From contig NC_086106.1 of assembly GCF_963921235.1 (NCBI RefSeq), positions 24,180,001 through 24,244,000 on the forward strand: a stretch of DNA of 64,000 bases, given 5' to 3'. The stretch is from Mobula hypostoma. Its lineage: Eukaryota. Position numbers and translations under genes: made by a program. Below, piece after piece: positions 53,600 to 64,000 of this stretch. Every line of letters starts with the position of its first letter. Within the stretch, counting starts at the first letter, position 1. The notes under the pieces were generated by a model. It did no database searches. It had not been told where the DNA came from and saw only the letters and a program-made list of their open reading frames with translations.

Positions 53600-53719
53600 A
53601 CGTGTTCTCCCTAGAGCCATCTGGTTGTAACTGCAGTTTTGCGTGCAGCAGCAAATCAGAGCTGATTCCTGTAATTATGACAATAGTAACATATATTTCG
53701 TCATTATTATTCATCTTTA

Positions 53720-54963
53720 AGGTCATGTTTGGGAAATCTTACTGAATTTTATGATGAGGTTACTGGAAAGTTGACTAGGGTAATGCAGTGGATGTTTTCT
53801 ATATGGACTTGAGTACGGCCTTTGACAAGGTTCCACACGGAAGGATAGTTAGAAAGGTTCAATCGTTAGGCATTGATATAGAAGTAGTAAAATGGAGTCA
53901 GCAGTGGTTGAATGGGAGACGCCAGAGAGTAGTGGTGGATAACTGTGGGACATATTGGAGGACGGTGTCTATTGCTGTGCCTCAAGGATCTGTACTAGGT
54001 CCAATATTGATTGTCATATATATTAAAGATCTGGATGATGGGGTTGTAAACTGGATTAGTAAGTATGCAGATGATACTAAGTTAAGTGGAGTTGTGGATA
54101 ATGAAGTCGGTTTTCAAAGCATGCAGATCACTTCGGAGAGTGACCTAAAATATGGCAGATGGAGGTTAATGCTGATAAATGTAAGGTGCTACATTTTGGT
54201 AAGACTAATCAAAATAGGGCATGCATGGTAAATGGTAGGGCATCGAAGAATGCAGTAGAACAGAGGGAACTGGGAATAATGGCGCATAGCTCCCATGTGG
54301 ATAGGGTGGTGAAGAAAGCTTTTGGTATGTTGGCCTTCATAAATCAGAGCATTGGCTATAAGGGTTGGGATGCAATGTTGAAATTCCGTAAGGCATTGGT
54401 GAGGCCAAATTTGGAGCACTGTATACAGTTCTAGTCACCGAATTATAGGAAAGATAACAATAAAATTGAGAGAGTACAGAGGGGATTTACTAAAATGTTG
54501 CCTGTGTTTCATCTCCTAACTAACAGAGAAAGGTTGAACATGTTACGTCTTCATTCTTTGCAGCATAGAAAGTTGAGGGGGGCACTTCTTAGAGGTATTT
54601 GAAATTTCAGGGGAATAGACAGAGTTGACGAGGATAGGCTTTCTCCATTGAGAGTGGGGGAGATTCAAACAAGAGGACATGAGTTGAGAGTTAAAGGGCA
54701 AAAGTTTAGGGGTAACATGAGGAGGAACTTATTTACGTAGAGAGTGGTAGCTATGTAGAATGAGCTTCCAGCAGAAGTGGTTGAAGCAGGTTCGATGTTG
54801 TCGTTTAAAGTTAAATTGGATAGGTATATGGACACGAAAGGAATGGAGGGTTATGGTCTGATTTCAGATTCGTGGGACTAGGTGAGAGTATGAGTTCGGC
54901 ACGGACTAGAAGGGCCGAAATGGCCTTTTTATGTGCTGTAATTGTTATATGCTTCTATGTTAT
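53720..54963 (+). mobile_element. 5'-truncated CR1 LINE about 120 bp downstream of the V2 RSS
   Basis: YMDLSTAFDKVPH, AVPQGSVLGP, KYADDTK. Flanks rejoin to match the empty site downstream of the pseudo-V (about 41370-41420). Confidence 0.9.
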
Positions 54964-55384
54964 ATGGTTTAAATATACCGATCTAATCAGTTTCAACAGG
55001 CTGCTTCTGAATATGTCATCCTGCGCAGCGGGTAGGATAATTCTAATGCAGTTATTCAAAGAACGAAAGAAAGCCCACACAACCAAATGGTCTTCAGGTA
55101 ACATATAAACTCTCAAAACGCTGTAGTCCCTTAAGACTCGTTTATTGAGTTTGACATTTGCAGAAATAGGCTATTATCTCCTCAGCTCCCGCAAAACAGA
55201 ATAACAAAACCCGAAAAGACAGATAACTTTCTACCAACAATCACAAAGTGATTGATATAAGTGGCAAATTTCGGGATCTAGTAAGGAATCTTCATGCAAG
55301 TTCAAATCTCTGACATATTGCTTCACTGTGCAAATTCCATCGCCATCCACAGGAATACATAACAGTATCATCCACCGCACATCG

Positions 55385-55935
55385 TCATTCATAGAAACAT
55401 TGAAACATCGAAAACCCACAAAACAATACAGGCCCTTAGGTCCACTGACTTTTGCTGAACATGTCCCGACCTTAGAAGTTACCGGGGTAACCCAGAGCAC
55501 TCTATTATTCTAAGATAACTAGTACCTATCCAAAAGTCTCTGAAAAGACCCTATCCTATTTGGCTCCACTACCGTTGCCGGCAGCCCATTCTACGCAATC
55601 ACCACTCTCTGCGTTAAAAAAAAAAACTACCCCTGACACCTCTTCTGTACCTAGAGACCAGCACCTTAAACCTGTGCCCTCTTGTTGCAGGTATTTCAGA
55701 CGTGGGAAAAAGCCTCTGACTATCCACACGATCAATGCCTCTCACCGTCTTATACGCCTCTATCAGGTCACCTCTCAACCTCCGTAGTTCCAAGGAGAAA
55801 CCGCCGAGTTCACTTAACCCGTTTTCATAAGGCATGCTCCCCAATCCGGGCAACATCCTTGTAAAATCTCCTCTGTACCCTTTCTATGATTTCCGCATCC
55901 TTCCTGCAGTGAGGCGACCAGAACTGAGCAGCCCT
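55385..55935 (-). mobile_element. CR1 3' fragment
   Basis: MLPGLGSMPYENGL..LG.FSLELRRLRGDLIEAYK; tail atagaaacattgaaacatcgaaaac. Confidence 0.85.
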
Positions 55936-58228
55936 CCACACTATCCACATCACCCCCAACATTCGTGTTAACAGCACTTTGAAATACTGCAATGTCGGGG
56001 ACACAAATACACTGGCTCCTGATTAGTCACTGGAAATACAGAAAAGTCACACAACATATAGAACTACGTGCATTATTTTCCATATGTTCAGTTCCCTCTA
56101 AGTGTGGTCATATGTGCCATAAATAGACGAAGAACAGAGGCAGCCTCTTTCCCAAAATATTTGAAACGGGACAGCAGGTACATATCCTTTGGGAAAATTG
56201 CAGTACCTTCTAAAGTAACTAGTCACAACGGAAACCGCTGTAATGAATCAGAATAAGGCACTCCCCCACAGGACATCAGTACATCAACACTTTCTGTGGA
56301 AGGGACTGGCTTTGTACCGTATGTGCTGTTGTGCAGAAATTTCGGTTGTTTCCACTCTTTTTTGTCCAATAAAAGTTAAGTTTACCACCGTTTTTGAAGT
56401 TGCTGTTTGATATTTTCGAACTTTAACTTCTAGTCTGCAATAGCAAACTGTATTCAGAAACAGCAACCTAATCTTGCAAGAGTGTTAGTCCGCTCTCAGT
56501 AGTGATAATCTGATGAGAGCACTGGTGCCGGAAGAATATGGATATTAACTCGCAGTTCACTATATTAAGCAATTAAGATGTTGAGATAAGTTGAAGGCGC
56601 GTCATAATTTTGCTAAATAGGGCATAACTGAAAGATAATGATAATTGGAAATAATTATTTGCAGTAACACCACAAGGATTGTATTTACAACCAGGTGCTT
56701 TGGTAGTATTAATACACGTTATATGCATAATAGGGCAAATGCATGTGAAGCACCGGCTGAGCTACCTGCAGCTGAGGTGTGACCAGACAGAGCTAAATGG
56801 GGATGTTGCAATAACAACGGTGATAAGGTTTCTCTTCCTATAACATGGCTAAATATCATGACTTGTCAATGTTGCTGTGATATGAACACTCCAAGACCAC
56901 TGATAAGTGTAGGATTGTAACATAGTCGGAGATCCTACTCATTGTGGAATATGTGGTAAGAAACTAAATGAAAGCCTATCCTGCGATTATATGGATTTTG
57001 TTTGTGGCGAATTGCACAACGAAATGTTCAAGGTGCAGAGTGATTCTCATTAAAAATAAACTCGATAGAAGAAACACTAAATTGTTCCAGGGTTGCTGAT
57101 TAAGTCGAGGCAAAGGTTTGTGCATTCAGGTTTGTTACTTCACAGATGTAAATGGGGGGAATGTTGAGCATTCGCAACTGCAGAGTACATTCTACTCCAA
57201 CAGCAGTTACATGGACTTGCCAAAAGGAGGACTATCAATGACAGCCATTGTGAAGGGAATGCTTGGTTCTTGCTTCTATCACTGGGAAAGAATTCTGGAG
57301 TCATAAGTCACACACCAGCGAATTAAAGAAAAACAGAAAGGCTATTGCCCTGTAACCATTTGGCTCCTGAGTGAACGTGGAAAACTTCACTCACTTCAGT
57401 TCTGAGCTGATTGCATAACCGACAGACTCACTTTAATGATAATTCGTTGTCGCAGCGTGTTCTTTTTTTTAAACTTGGAGTGTTCTCTTCTTTTTACACC
57501 TTAGTTGCGTGCCCGTCTATAGTTACATATATTGTAATTAATGTATTGTAATTATTTATTTCCTGATTATCTGTGACATAACTATCCACCATTATTAAAT
57601 TTAATGGCTACCAGGGCATTCTAACTAAATTTTAGATATAACTTATTTGCGGATCCTTCAAGTCAATTGTAGCACGATAATGACACTGTTGCGGAGGGTC
57701 GTTGGGGTGGGCCTGCACATAAATTATCCAGTAAATACATTTTTTTTCCCAAACTTGACTTAAAAATATGGGTTTAGGTTTCAGTTGACAGGATAAATGC
57801 CAAACAAGAAATGAATGCTAAGTAGTTCTCTAAAAACAGGAAGTGGTTTATATCTCTAACTTTCTGACAAAGAGATAAATGTAAACACGTTCAATTTTTC
57901 TGTTCCAGGTGCATGAATTGGCGAAGGGAAGTGGGTGTATCTACAACGTAGGAAGAGGAGGTTGACCGAGATGAGGCTCGACGGAAATTCCGTTTTCTTT
58001 GCCTAAAAATCTATTAAATTCTTGGCAAGTGACTTTTTGTCGATGTACTGCTTCAGTACTAGAGAAGGGAAGCAGGCGTCAACATAGAAAAAAATGAACA
58101 TTTAGTGAATTATGCTGTATATCTCCTTTGTATTTTCCCAAATGTTCCATTACTCACTTAGAAAGCAACTCCTATGTTTACACTTTACAGAATGGGAACA
58201 TACCATGTATTTTTTCTACGTCACACTG

Positions 58229-58241
58229 TGACATCACTTCT
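58229..58241 (+). promoter_or_regulatory. TCR V-promoter decamer match upstream of V3
   Basis: tgacatcact: reverse complement AGTGATGTCA is an exact match to the AGTGAYRTCA decamer, 312-321 bp upstream of the ATG. Confidence 0.45.
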
Positions 58242-58549
58242 GATTCTTACATCTTTGCCAAATTACCTTACATGCAGCTCAAAGCTTTTCACGGAAGTTG
58301 TAATGTCGGTCAGATCGCGTCTTATCTGCCAGTAATGAATTGATTGGTTGTTCTGAGAAACAAAGACGTAGTGATGGATTACAAGGATTCAGTTGGTTGA
58401 GGGTGTTAGAGAAGCAAAGAGCTTTGTGCTTATTGGATGCGACCAATAATATAACCAAAGACGATAGACATTAAACTCCGTCCGAATTTCTACTTAAAAC
58501 TTACTTATCAATGAGATTCTCTCAGTTGAAATTCACAGTCTCTGCAGAC

Positions 58550-58601
58550 ATGCTGTCCCTATTGAAATATACGTTCCTTATTGCAGCAGCGTTCCTGACC
58601 G
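58550..58601 (+). CDS. V3 leader exon
   Basis: MLSLLKYTFLIAAAFLT plus G (52 nt, phase 1), donor GTAAGT. A 515-bp intron ends at tttcag 59116. Confidence 0.9.
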
Positions 58602-59116
58602 GTAAGTTTCTGGAGTTTCCAACATTGTGATTCTCATGGGTGCAGAGAAGGATATTTTTTTAGTCAATACCCCGAATCCAATATTGGCAACGACAGGGAA
58701 ATAATCAAAGAGCACGAAAGACGTGCATATTCAGATCTTCTGTAACTGACATTATAATCTTTCGAGGGAGTTTCCAGGACAAGCAGAGTTGAGCCCAACC
58801 TTGCCCATTCATGGTGAAATGTTACGCTTTTTATTTTTCTTTTTTCCTTTTTTTTCCGCGGGATATGTAATGGAAAACTGCAAAAACTGATAGAAAAGTT
58901 TGGAAGGATTTTTTTCGGTACTTCTGATCTCTTCTTTTAAACAATTAAATTCATCCTTCTATGGAACCATCACAGAAATTTCTGTAGAACGAGGATTTCG
59001 ATGCGACTACCGTCGAGTCCCAACTCAGGTCAGTACCAGAGATCATGCTGCGACAGAGAAGTGTACGCACAGCAAAATGGTGTAGTTTGATTGAAATATC
59101 TTTTGGATTCTTTCAG

Positions 59117-59423
59117 GCCATTGTCGAGGCGATGCCGTTCTTCAGACACCGAGTGCATCCACGGTGATCGAAGGTGGTGAAGCACTGTTGAACTGCAACT
59201 ATACTACTACAGGCATTGGCGATTTTACAATACACTGGTACCGTCAGTACCCCGGCGGATCTCTGGAGCACCTGTTGCTCCGGACGAAATACGACGCTAA
59301 CCCCATGAAGACCCCAGGACAACGCTTCGCGGCACTGCTGGATGATTCGAGGAGGACGGTCCCACTCACTGTGTCTGATGCGCAGCTAGGAGACGAGGCT
59401 CTGTACTTCTGTGCGCTGAGACC
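59117..59423 (+). CDS. V3: family-2 TCR alpha/delta V exon, open frame
   Basis: (G)HCRG-DAVLQTPSASTVIEGGEALLNCNYTTTGIGDFTIHWYRQYPGGSLEHLLLRTKYDANPMKTPGQRFAALLDDSRRTVPLTVSDAQLGDEALYFCALR; 307 nt. Confidence 0.92.
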
Positions 59424-59462
59424 CACAACGGCACAAACTTAACCTGCGACTGTACAAAAATG
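59424..59462 (+). other. 23-RSS of V3 (non-canonical heptamer)
   Basis: CACAACG + 23 nt (gcacaaacttaacctgcgactgt) + ACAAAAATG. Confidence 0.9.
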
Positions 59463-61742
59463 GCTTGATCTTCCTGAAGCCATCTGGGTGTAAGCACGAC
59501 TTTATCTGCAACTGCCCGATCTCGGCAATCACGACAATACCAATATAGTATATACCAGCATTATTCAATATTAAATATTCTGATGCAATCCATTTCAACA
59601 GTTTTGCTCTGAATCTGCTCCCGTGCGCATTCGGAAAGATAATTCAAGAGCAGTTATTCACACAGCATCCCTTTTTTGTTTCAGCTGCTTCTTGTATTAA
59701 CTATTATCTGTTGCAGTATGGCGGATGCAGCTGGAATATTAAATCAGGCTTGCTGGTCTGGCAATTGTGACAGAAAATGTATCGACTTTGTATCGGTGTA
59801 CAGATGATTTGTTTCCAAACACTAAACTTTTGAAATAAAGAAAAAACATTCCTTATTACGTAACGGACACTGAATACTCAACAAAAATAAAATATTCAAC
59901 AAATTCCGAGTATACATTTGCTCAACACGATGGATTTAACTTATGCAATAAAACGTTGAACTTGAGTAGGTCGTAGAGTGTGTAAGCAGACAGGCGAGCT
60001 AGTGGACTTGAGACCATTTCCAGATAAGAAGTTATTTCTGAGATGTTATTTGATATACTATGTCAGGTGGGTTTGTCAATATTGGTGTTGGTGCTTGTCT
60101 TAAGTGATTCCAAGTGGTTGCTGATGAGAACATAGATCAATAAATTATCGACTGTCACTTGCTGGATGCTGGCCGGTAGCAGAGCAAGTAACAAGTTGCT
60201 GAAGGTCAATCAGATGACTTAGAGATAAAGCCCACCATCGTAAGGAAGAAACCCCATGCCACGGGTTGGACCAGAAAGGATCGATCAACTGGGCCACGGC
60301 GATCGCAACCTTCAATGTTATATATTGGGAATGTTTTATGAATGAGATTTCATGCAATCGGAACAGTCGGTTTCATGTTTTAAGCTGTTGTCCCGGGGTC
60401 AACACAGTTACATTGTTGTGTGTGCCGTCGTAATAAATTGCGAGCTTCGATTATTTATGAGTTGCTTAGTGAATTTCCCCCACCTAGTTCCGTTGACGAA
60501 CGGTAAAAAACCTTCCCAAGCATTATGTGCGACCTTGAATTAAACAAAGGAAGGGGAGAGCAAGTCATTTGCAAACCCTATTTCATGTAACCAAAATATA
60601 AGATACTGGTTACCACAGATAGGTTCAGTGAGCAAAACAGCTGCACCTGCTAAGTTAACCAATCCGAAGGGCAGCGCCGTTCACAATTAGAATAAGGCAC
60701 GTCTACACAGGACGGCAGTACATCAACACTTACTGTGCAAGGGATATTTTATCCTCTATTTACTGTTGTGTGGAAATCCCCTCATTTTACGATCGTTATT
60801 ATCCATTAACAGTTATTTAATATGCAGAATTTTAGTTTATTTGCTATATCTGTACATTACTTCGTTCTGATCTAAATATAATTGACCTTGTTTTGGATAT
60901 CTGGAAATTAAATTTACAGGAGTGTGATTCTGCTCTCAGTAGTGACAAATATATAAATACACTGGTGCCAGAGTAATATAGATTTTAACTCGCAGTTAAC
61001 TGCATTAACCTAGTATGAATATGAGGTATTTTGAAAGTGTAGCATAGTTTTTCCTTAAAACGGACCAGGTGAAAGCACATGCTCAGTGAATTAATTGTGT
61101 GACACCACACACGGCGTGTAATGTAAACAACATGCCTTAGGTATATGATCCTGAGTAACTGACGATGACATAGCTATGACTGGGTATCAGTTCTCAGTAT
61201 CAAATGTCGAAGGTAGCTAAATTTAGATTTATAATTAAAGAGACATACCCATATTAGCAGAAAATATAATGTATATGGCTGCAGGTTATAAACAGAATAG
61301 AACTTGTATTACAAACACAAGCTGAAAGACCTGCAACATATGAGTGAATCGAGACAATAATTTGACACCAGCCGATTAAGGAACGATTATTATCCCGTTG
61401 CCACCTGGCTTCTAAGTGTAAATGGAAAACTTCACTCACTTTAGCCCTGCGCTGAATACACAGCTGACAGACACGCTTTCATGATAACTCGAGTTCCAAG
61501 CATTTTCCTTTATGTTTTCTCATCCTATAAGCCTTTATTTGCTCATCCCATAATCCTTTACTTCCCTTCCTATAATTTCTTATATTGCAATTAATATATT
61601 TTAATTATTTTTCATGTATTGCCTGCCATTCAATAAATGTAAAGGTAGTATATGATGACATATCGGTACTTTGATAACAATGTGTTTTGAAGATAACAGT
61701 TGGAACTACTAGGAGCCAGCCAAAAACTTGCTCAGAACGATA

Positions 61743-62390
61743 TACAATGGCATACCAAAGTTGGGGCTCCCCTGGTCCAAATTTCTGTTACTGTGAACAG
61801 CTCAGCGTGAAAAAAAAAGATGATCTGATTTCCAAAAGGCATAATGTTAAAAATGGCACATTTATTTAATATTTTAAGCAATATTACTTTTTTTTTTATT
61901 TCCATCTTTTCCAGTTCCAAACTAACAAAACAAAATAAAGTGCCTGAAGCAAAAGTTTGGGAACACGGCATGGTCAGTACTTAGGAATACACCCTTTGGC
62001 AAGGATCACAGCTTGTAAACGCTTTTTTCTAGCCAGCTAAGAGCCTTTCAATTGTTGTTTGGGGGATTTTCGCCAATTCCTCCTTGCAACAGGCTTCTAG
62101 TTCTGTGGGAATTGTGGGCTGTCTTGCCTGCACTCCTCTTTTGAGGTCTATCCAGAGATTTTCGATTATGTATAGTTCGGGGGACTGTGAAACCATGGCA
62201 AAACCTTCAACTTGCTCGTCTTTTGGTAGTCCATTGACGATTTTGAGATATGTTTGCGATCTTTACCCTGTTGTAGAAGCCATCCTCTTCTCATATTCAG
62301 CTTTGTTGGAGACAGTGTGATGTTTCCTTCCAGAATTTGCTGGAATTTAATTGAATACATTCTTCCCTCTACCAGCTTTAATTGCTGAAC
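61743..62390 (-). mobile_element. Tc1-like DNA transposon fragment (one TIR and transposase C-terminus)
   Basis: TA + CAATGGCATACCAAAGTTGGGGCTCCCC resembles a Tc1 TIR. ORF 62166-62396 reads FQQILEGNI...KLNMRRGWLLQQGKDRKHISKS...KLKVLPW, a degenerate form of QQDNDPKHTSK. Confidence 0.8.
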
Positions 62391-64000
62391 ACGCACTGGA
62401 TTGTGATATTGTTATAGAAAATACACGAAAAGCACACGAGATGGTTCCGGAAGCGTATAGAGAAACATTTAGAAGTTTAAAGAAATCGGTGGAAAAAAAA
62501 CTTATGTGGAATTTGCCTATGAGAAATCGGTGTGTTTTGAGAGATGGGTTTCCTCTAAAAATGTGAATGGGGAGTATAATAAATTGAAAGGGCTGATTTT
62601 GCAGGAAGAATTTAAAAGAAGCATTCCTGTTGAGGTGAGAACATACTTAAAACTTAAACGAACGGGACACTGCTACATTTCAGGAGATTGCTAAATTGGC
62701 TGATGAGTATGTTTTACTTCACAAGAATAAATTTTCTCCAGGTAATTTTTTTTAAAAAGGAAAACTAGCGCAGAGAGTCAAGGAAAGTCAGACATTAAAT
62801 TTGAAGTTAGTGAAAAAAGTAAGGGTGAATGGAGACATGTGAAGGAAATACATTTTGGTATTATTTGTAATTATTTAAGAAACTTGGACATGTAGCGGTT
62901 AATTGCTTCCGATTGAAACGGAAAGATAAAGAAGTGGCCCCAGATGACTGTGTGCAGCATATTGTAAAACCTGTAAAGCTACAGGGCTTAGAAAATATTA
63001 ATGAAGATGTGTCAGAGTCTGTCCAAATTAAGAAGGGATATGAGGCTTTTATAACAGAAAGATTTCTATCCTTGAAAGAAGGATCCAATGCAGTACCAAT
63101 AAGGATACTTAGAGATACTGGAGCTTCAGAGCCACTAGTATTAGATATTGTGTTAAGGTTTAATGATGAGTCTGACACTGGTGAGGCAAATTATATAAGA
63201 GGAATAGGGAGTGCCCTTAGGCCAGTACATTTACATAGAGTAAATTTAAGGTCAGGATTAGTTACAGGGGTTGTTAAAGTAGGACTACAGTCCAGTTTAC
63301 CTGTGAATGATGTTTCTCTTTTGTTAAGGAATGGTTTAGCAGGTGGACAAGTTTTTCCTGAAGTGCATTTGACAATAAATTCAAATTCCGTGGAACCACA
63401 GAGGGATTCTAACACAGATTCTTCCTGCGTTGTAACAAGAGCTATGGCTAAAAAGACTAATCTAAAGGATGTGGTTGTTACCCGTGACAGTTCAAATCAA
63501 GATTTGAATTTTGAGGATGTATCAGAAACTTTCTTATCTACCTTATTTGATCAGGATTTTGGTGAGAAGTCTGATCAGGAAGATTTGTCTTTATCTCGGA
63601 AGGAGATGATAGCAGAGCAGGGTAGAGATCCTGAGATAGTTAAATTAAAAGAATAAGCTCTTCCAGATAGTGAGATTGAAAAAGACCAGTTGGATATTAT
63701 TTTGAAAAGGGGGTATTAATAAGAAAGTGGAGATCGCCTACAATTCCCGTTAGTGAGGAATGGGAATATAGTCACCAGGTTGTTTTTCCTAAAATTTACC
63801 TAAATGAGATTTTGACTATGGCTCATAGTATTCTTTTGGGTGTTCATTTAGGGGTAAAGAAAACTATGAACAAAGTTTCTAAGCATTTTTATCGGCCTGG
63901 TTTAAGACGAGATGTGGCAACATTTTGTGGAACGAGTCATACATGTCAAATTGTCGGTAAACCTAATCAGGTTACTCCAGTGGGTCCTCTGCAACCAATT
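62391..64000 (+). mobile_element. Gypsy-superfamily internal region, Gmr1-like (gag, protease, then integrase zinc-binding domain); cut by the window end
   Basis: Gag RETFRSLKK...LILQEEFKRSIP.EVRTYL; decayed CCHC knuckle at about 62860-62907; protease ILRDTGA at about 63105-63125; integrase HHCC-like AHS...HLGVKKT...HFY.PGL..DVA.FC.T.HTCQ at 63821-63960. Confidence 0.85.

Noticed and set aside
58224-58230. CACTGTG as a possible J or D RSS (another at about 59367 inside V3)
   Set aside because: No GGTTTTTGT-like nonamer at the proper spacing and no FGxG J motif downstream.
14956-59462. NAR-TCR, supporting TCR-delta V, TAILV or IgH V segments
   Set aside because: Each V has its own leader and only the two canonical domain cysteines. 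None shows IgHV (W.RQ.PGKGLEW) or NAR-type features, and there are no adjacent D or J segments.
62913-63656. Long ORFs (247 aa here; 281 aa at 50976-51821; 233 aa at 36762-37463) as host genes or domesticated elements
   Set aside because: All are fragments of retroelement pol or ORF2, with neighbouring stops and frameshifts.

Overview
Eukaryotic genomic DNA, inferred to be from a cartilaginous fish (probably a ray), covering part of a T-cell receptor alpha/delta variable (V) segment array in a retroelement-dense background. Four V segments lie on the + strand, each with a leader exon, an intron, a V exon and a 23-bp-spacer RSS. V1 (14956-15452) is a divergent family with a canonical CACAGTG heptamer. 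The other three are tandemly duplicated members of a second family: a multiply disabled pseudogene (40257-41270) and two open-frame genes (52697-53599, 58550-59462). All three carry non-canonical heptamers (AACAAAG, CACAAAG, CACAACG). The upstream part of a fourth duplication unit is cut off by Tc1 and Gypsy sequence near the right edge. No D, J or C segments were found. The rest is decayed CR1, Rex-Babar-like and L1/Tx1 LINEs, Gypsy elements (one with both LTRs, one Gmr1-like), solo LTRs with target-site duplications, a Tc1 fragment, microsatellites and a 134-N gap. All alignments were done by eye; family names come from motif recognition, not database searches. I found no convincing new biological system. 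The best leads are the family-wide weak heptamers, the tandem splice donor in V1 and the conserved promoter motifs.
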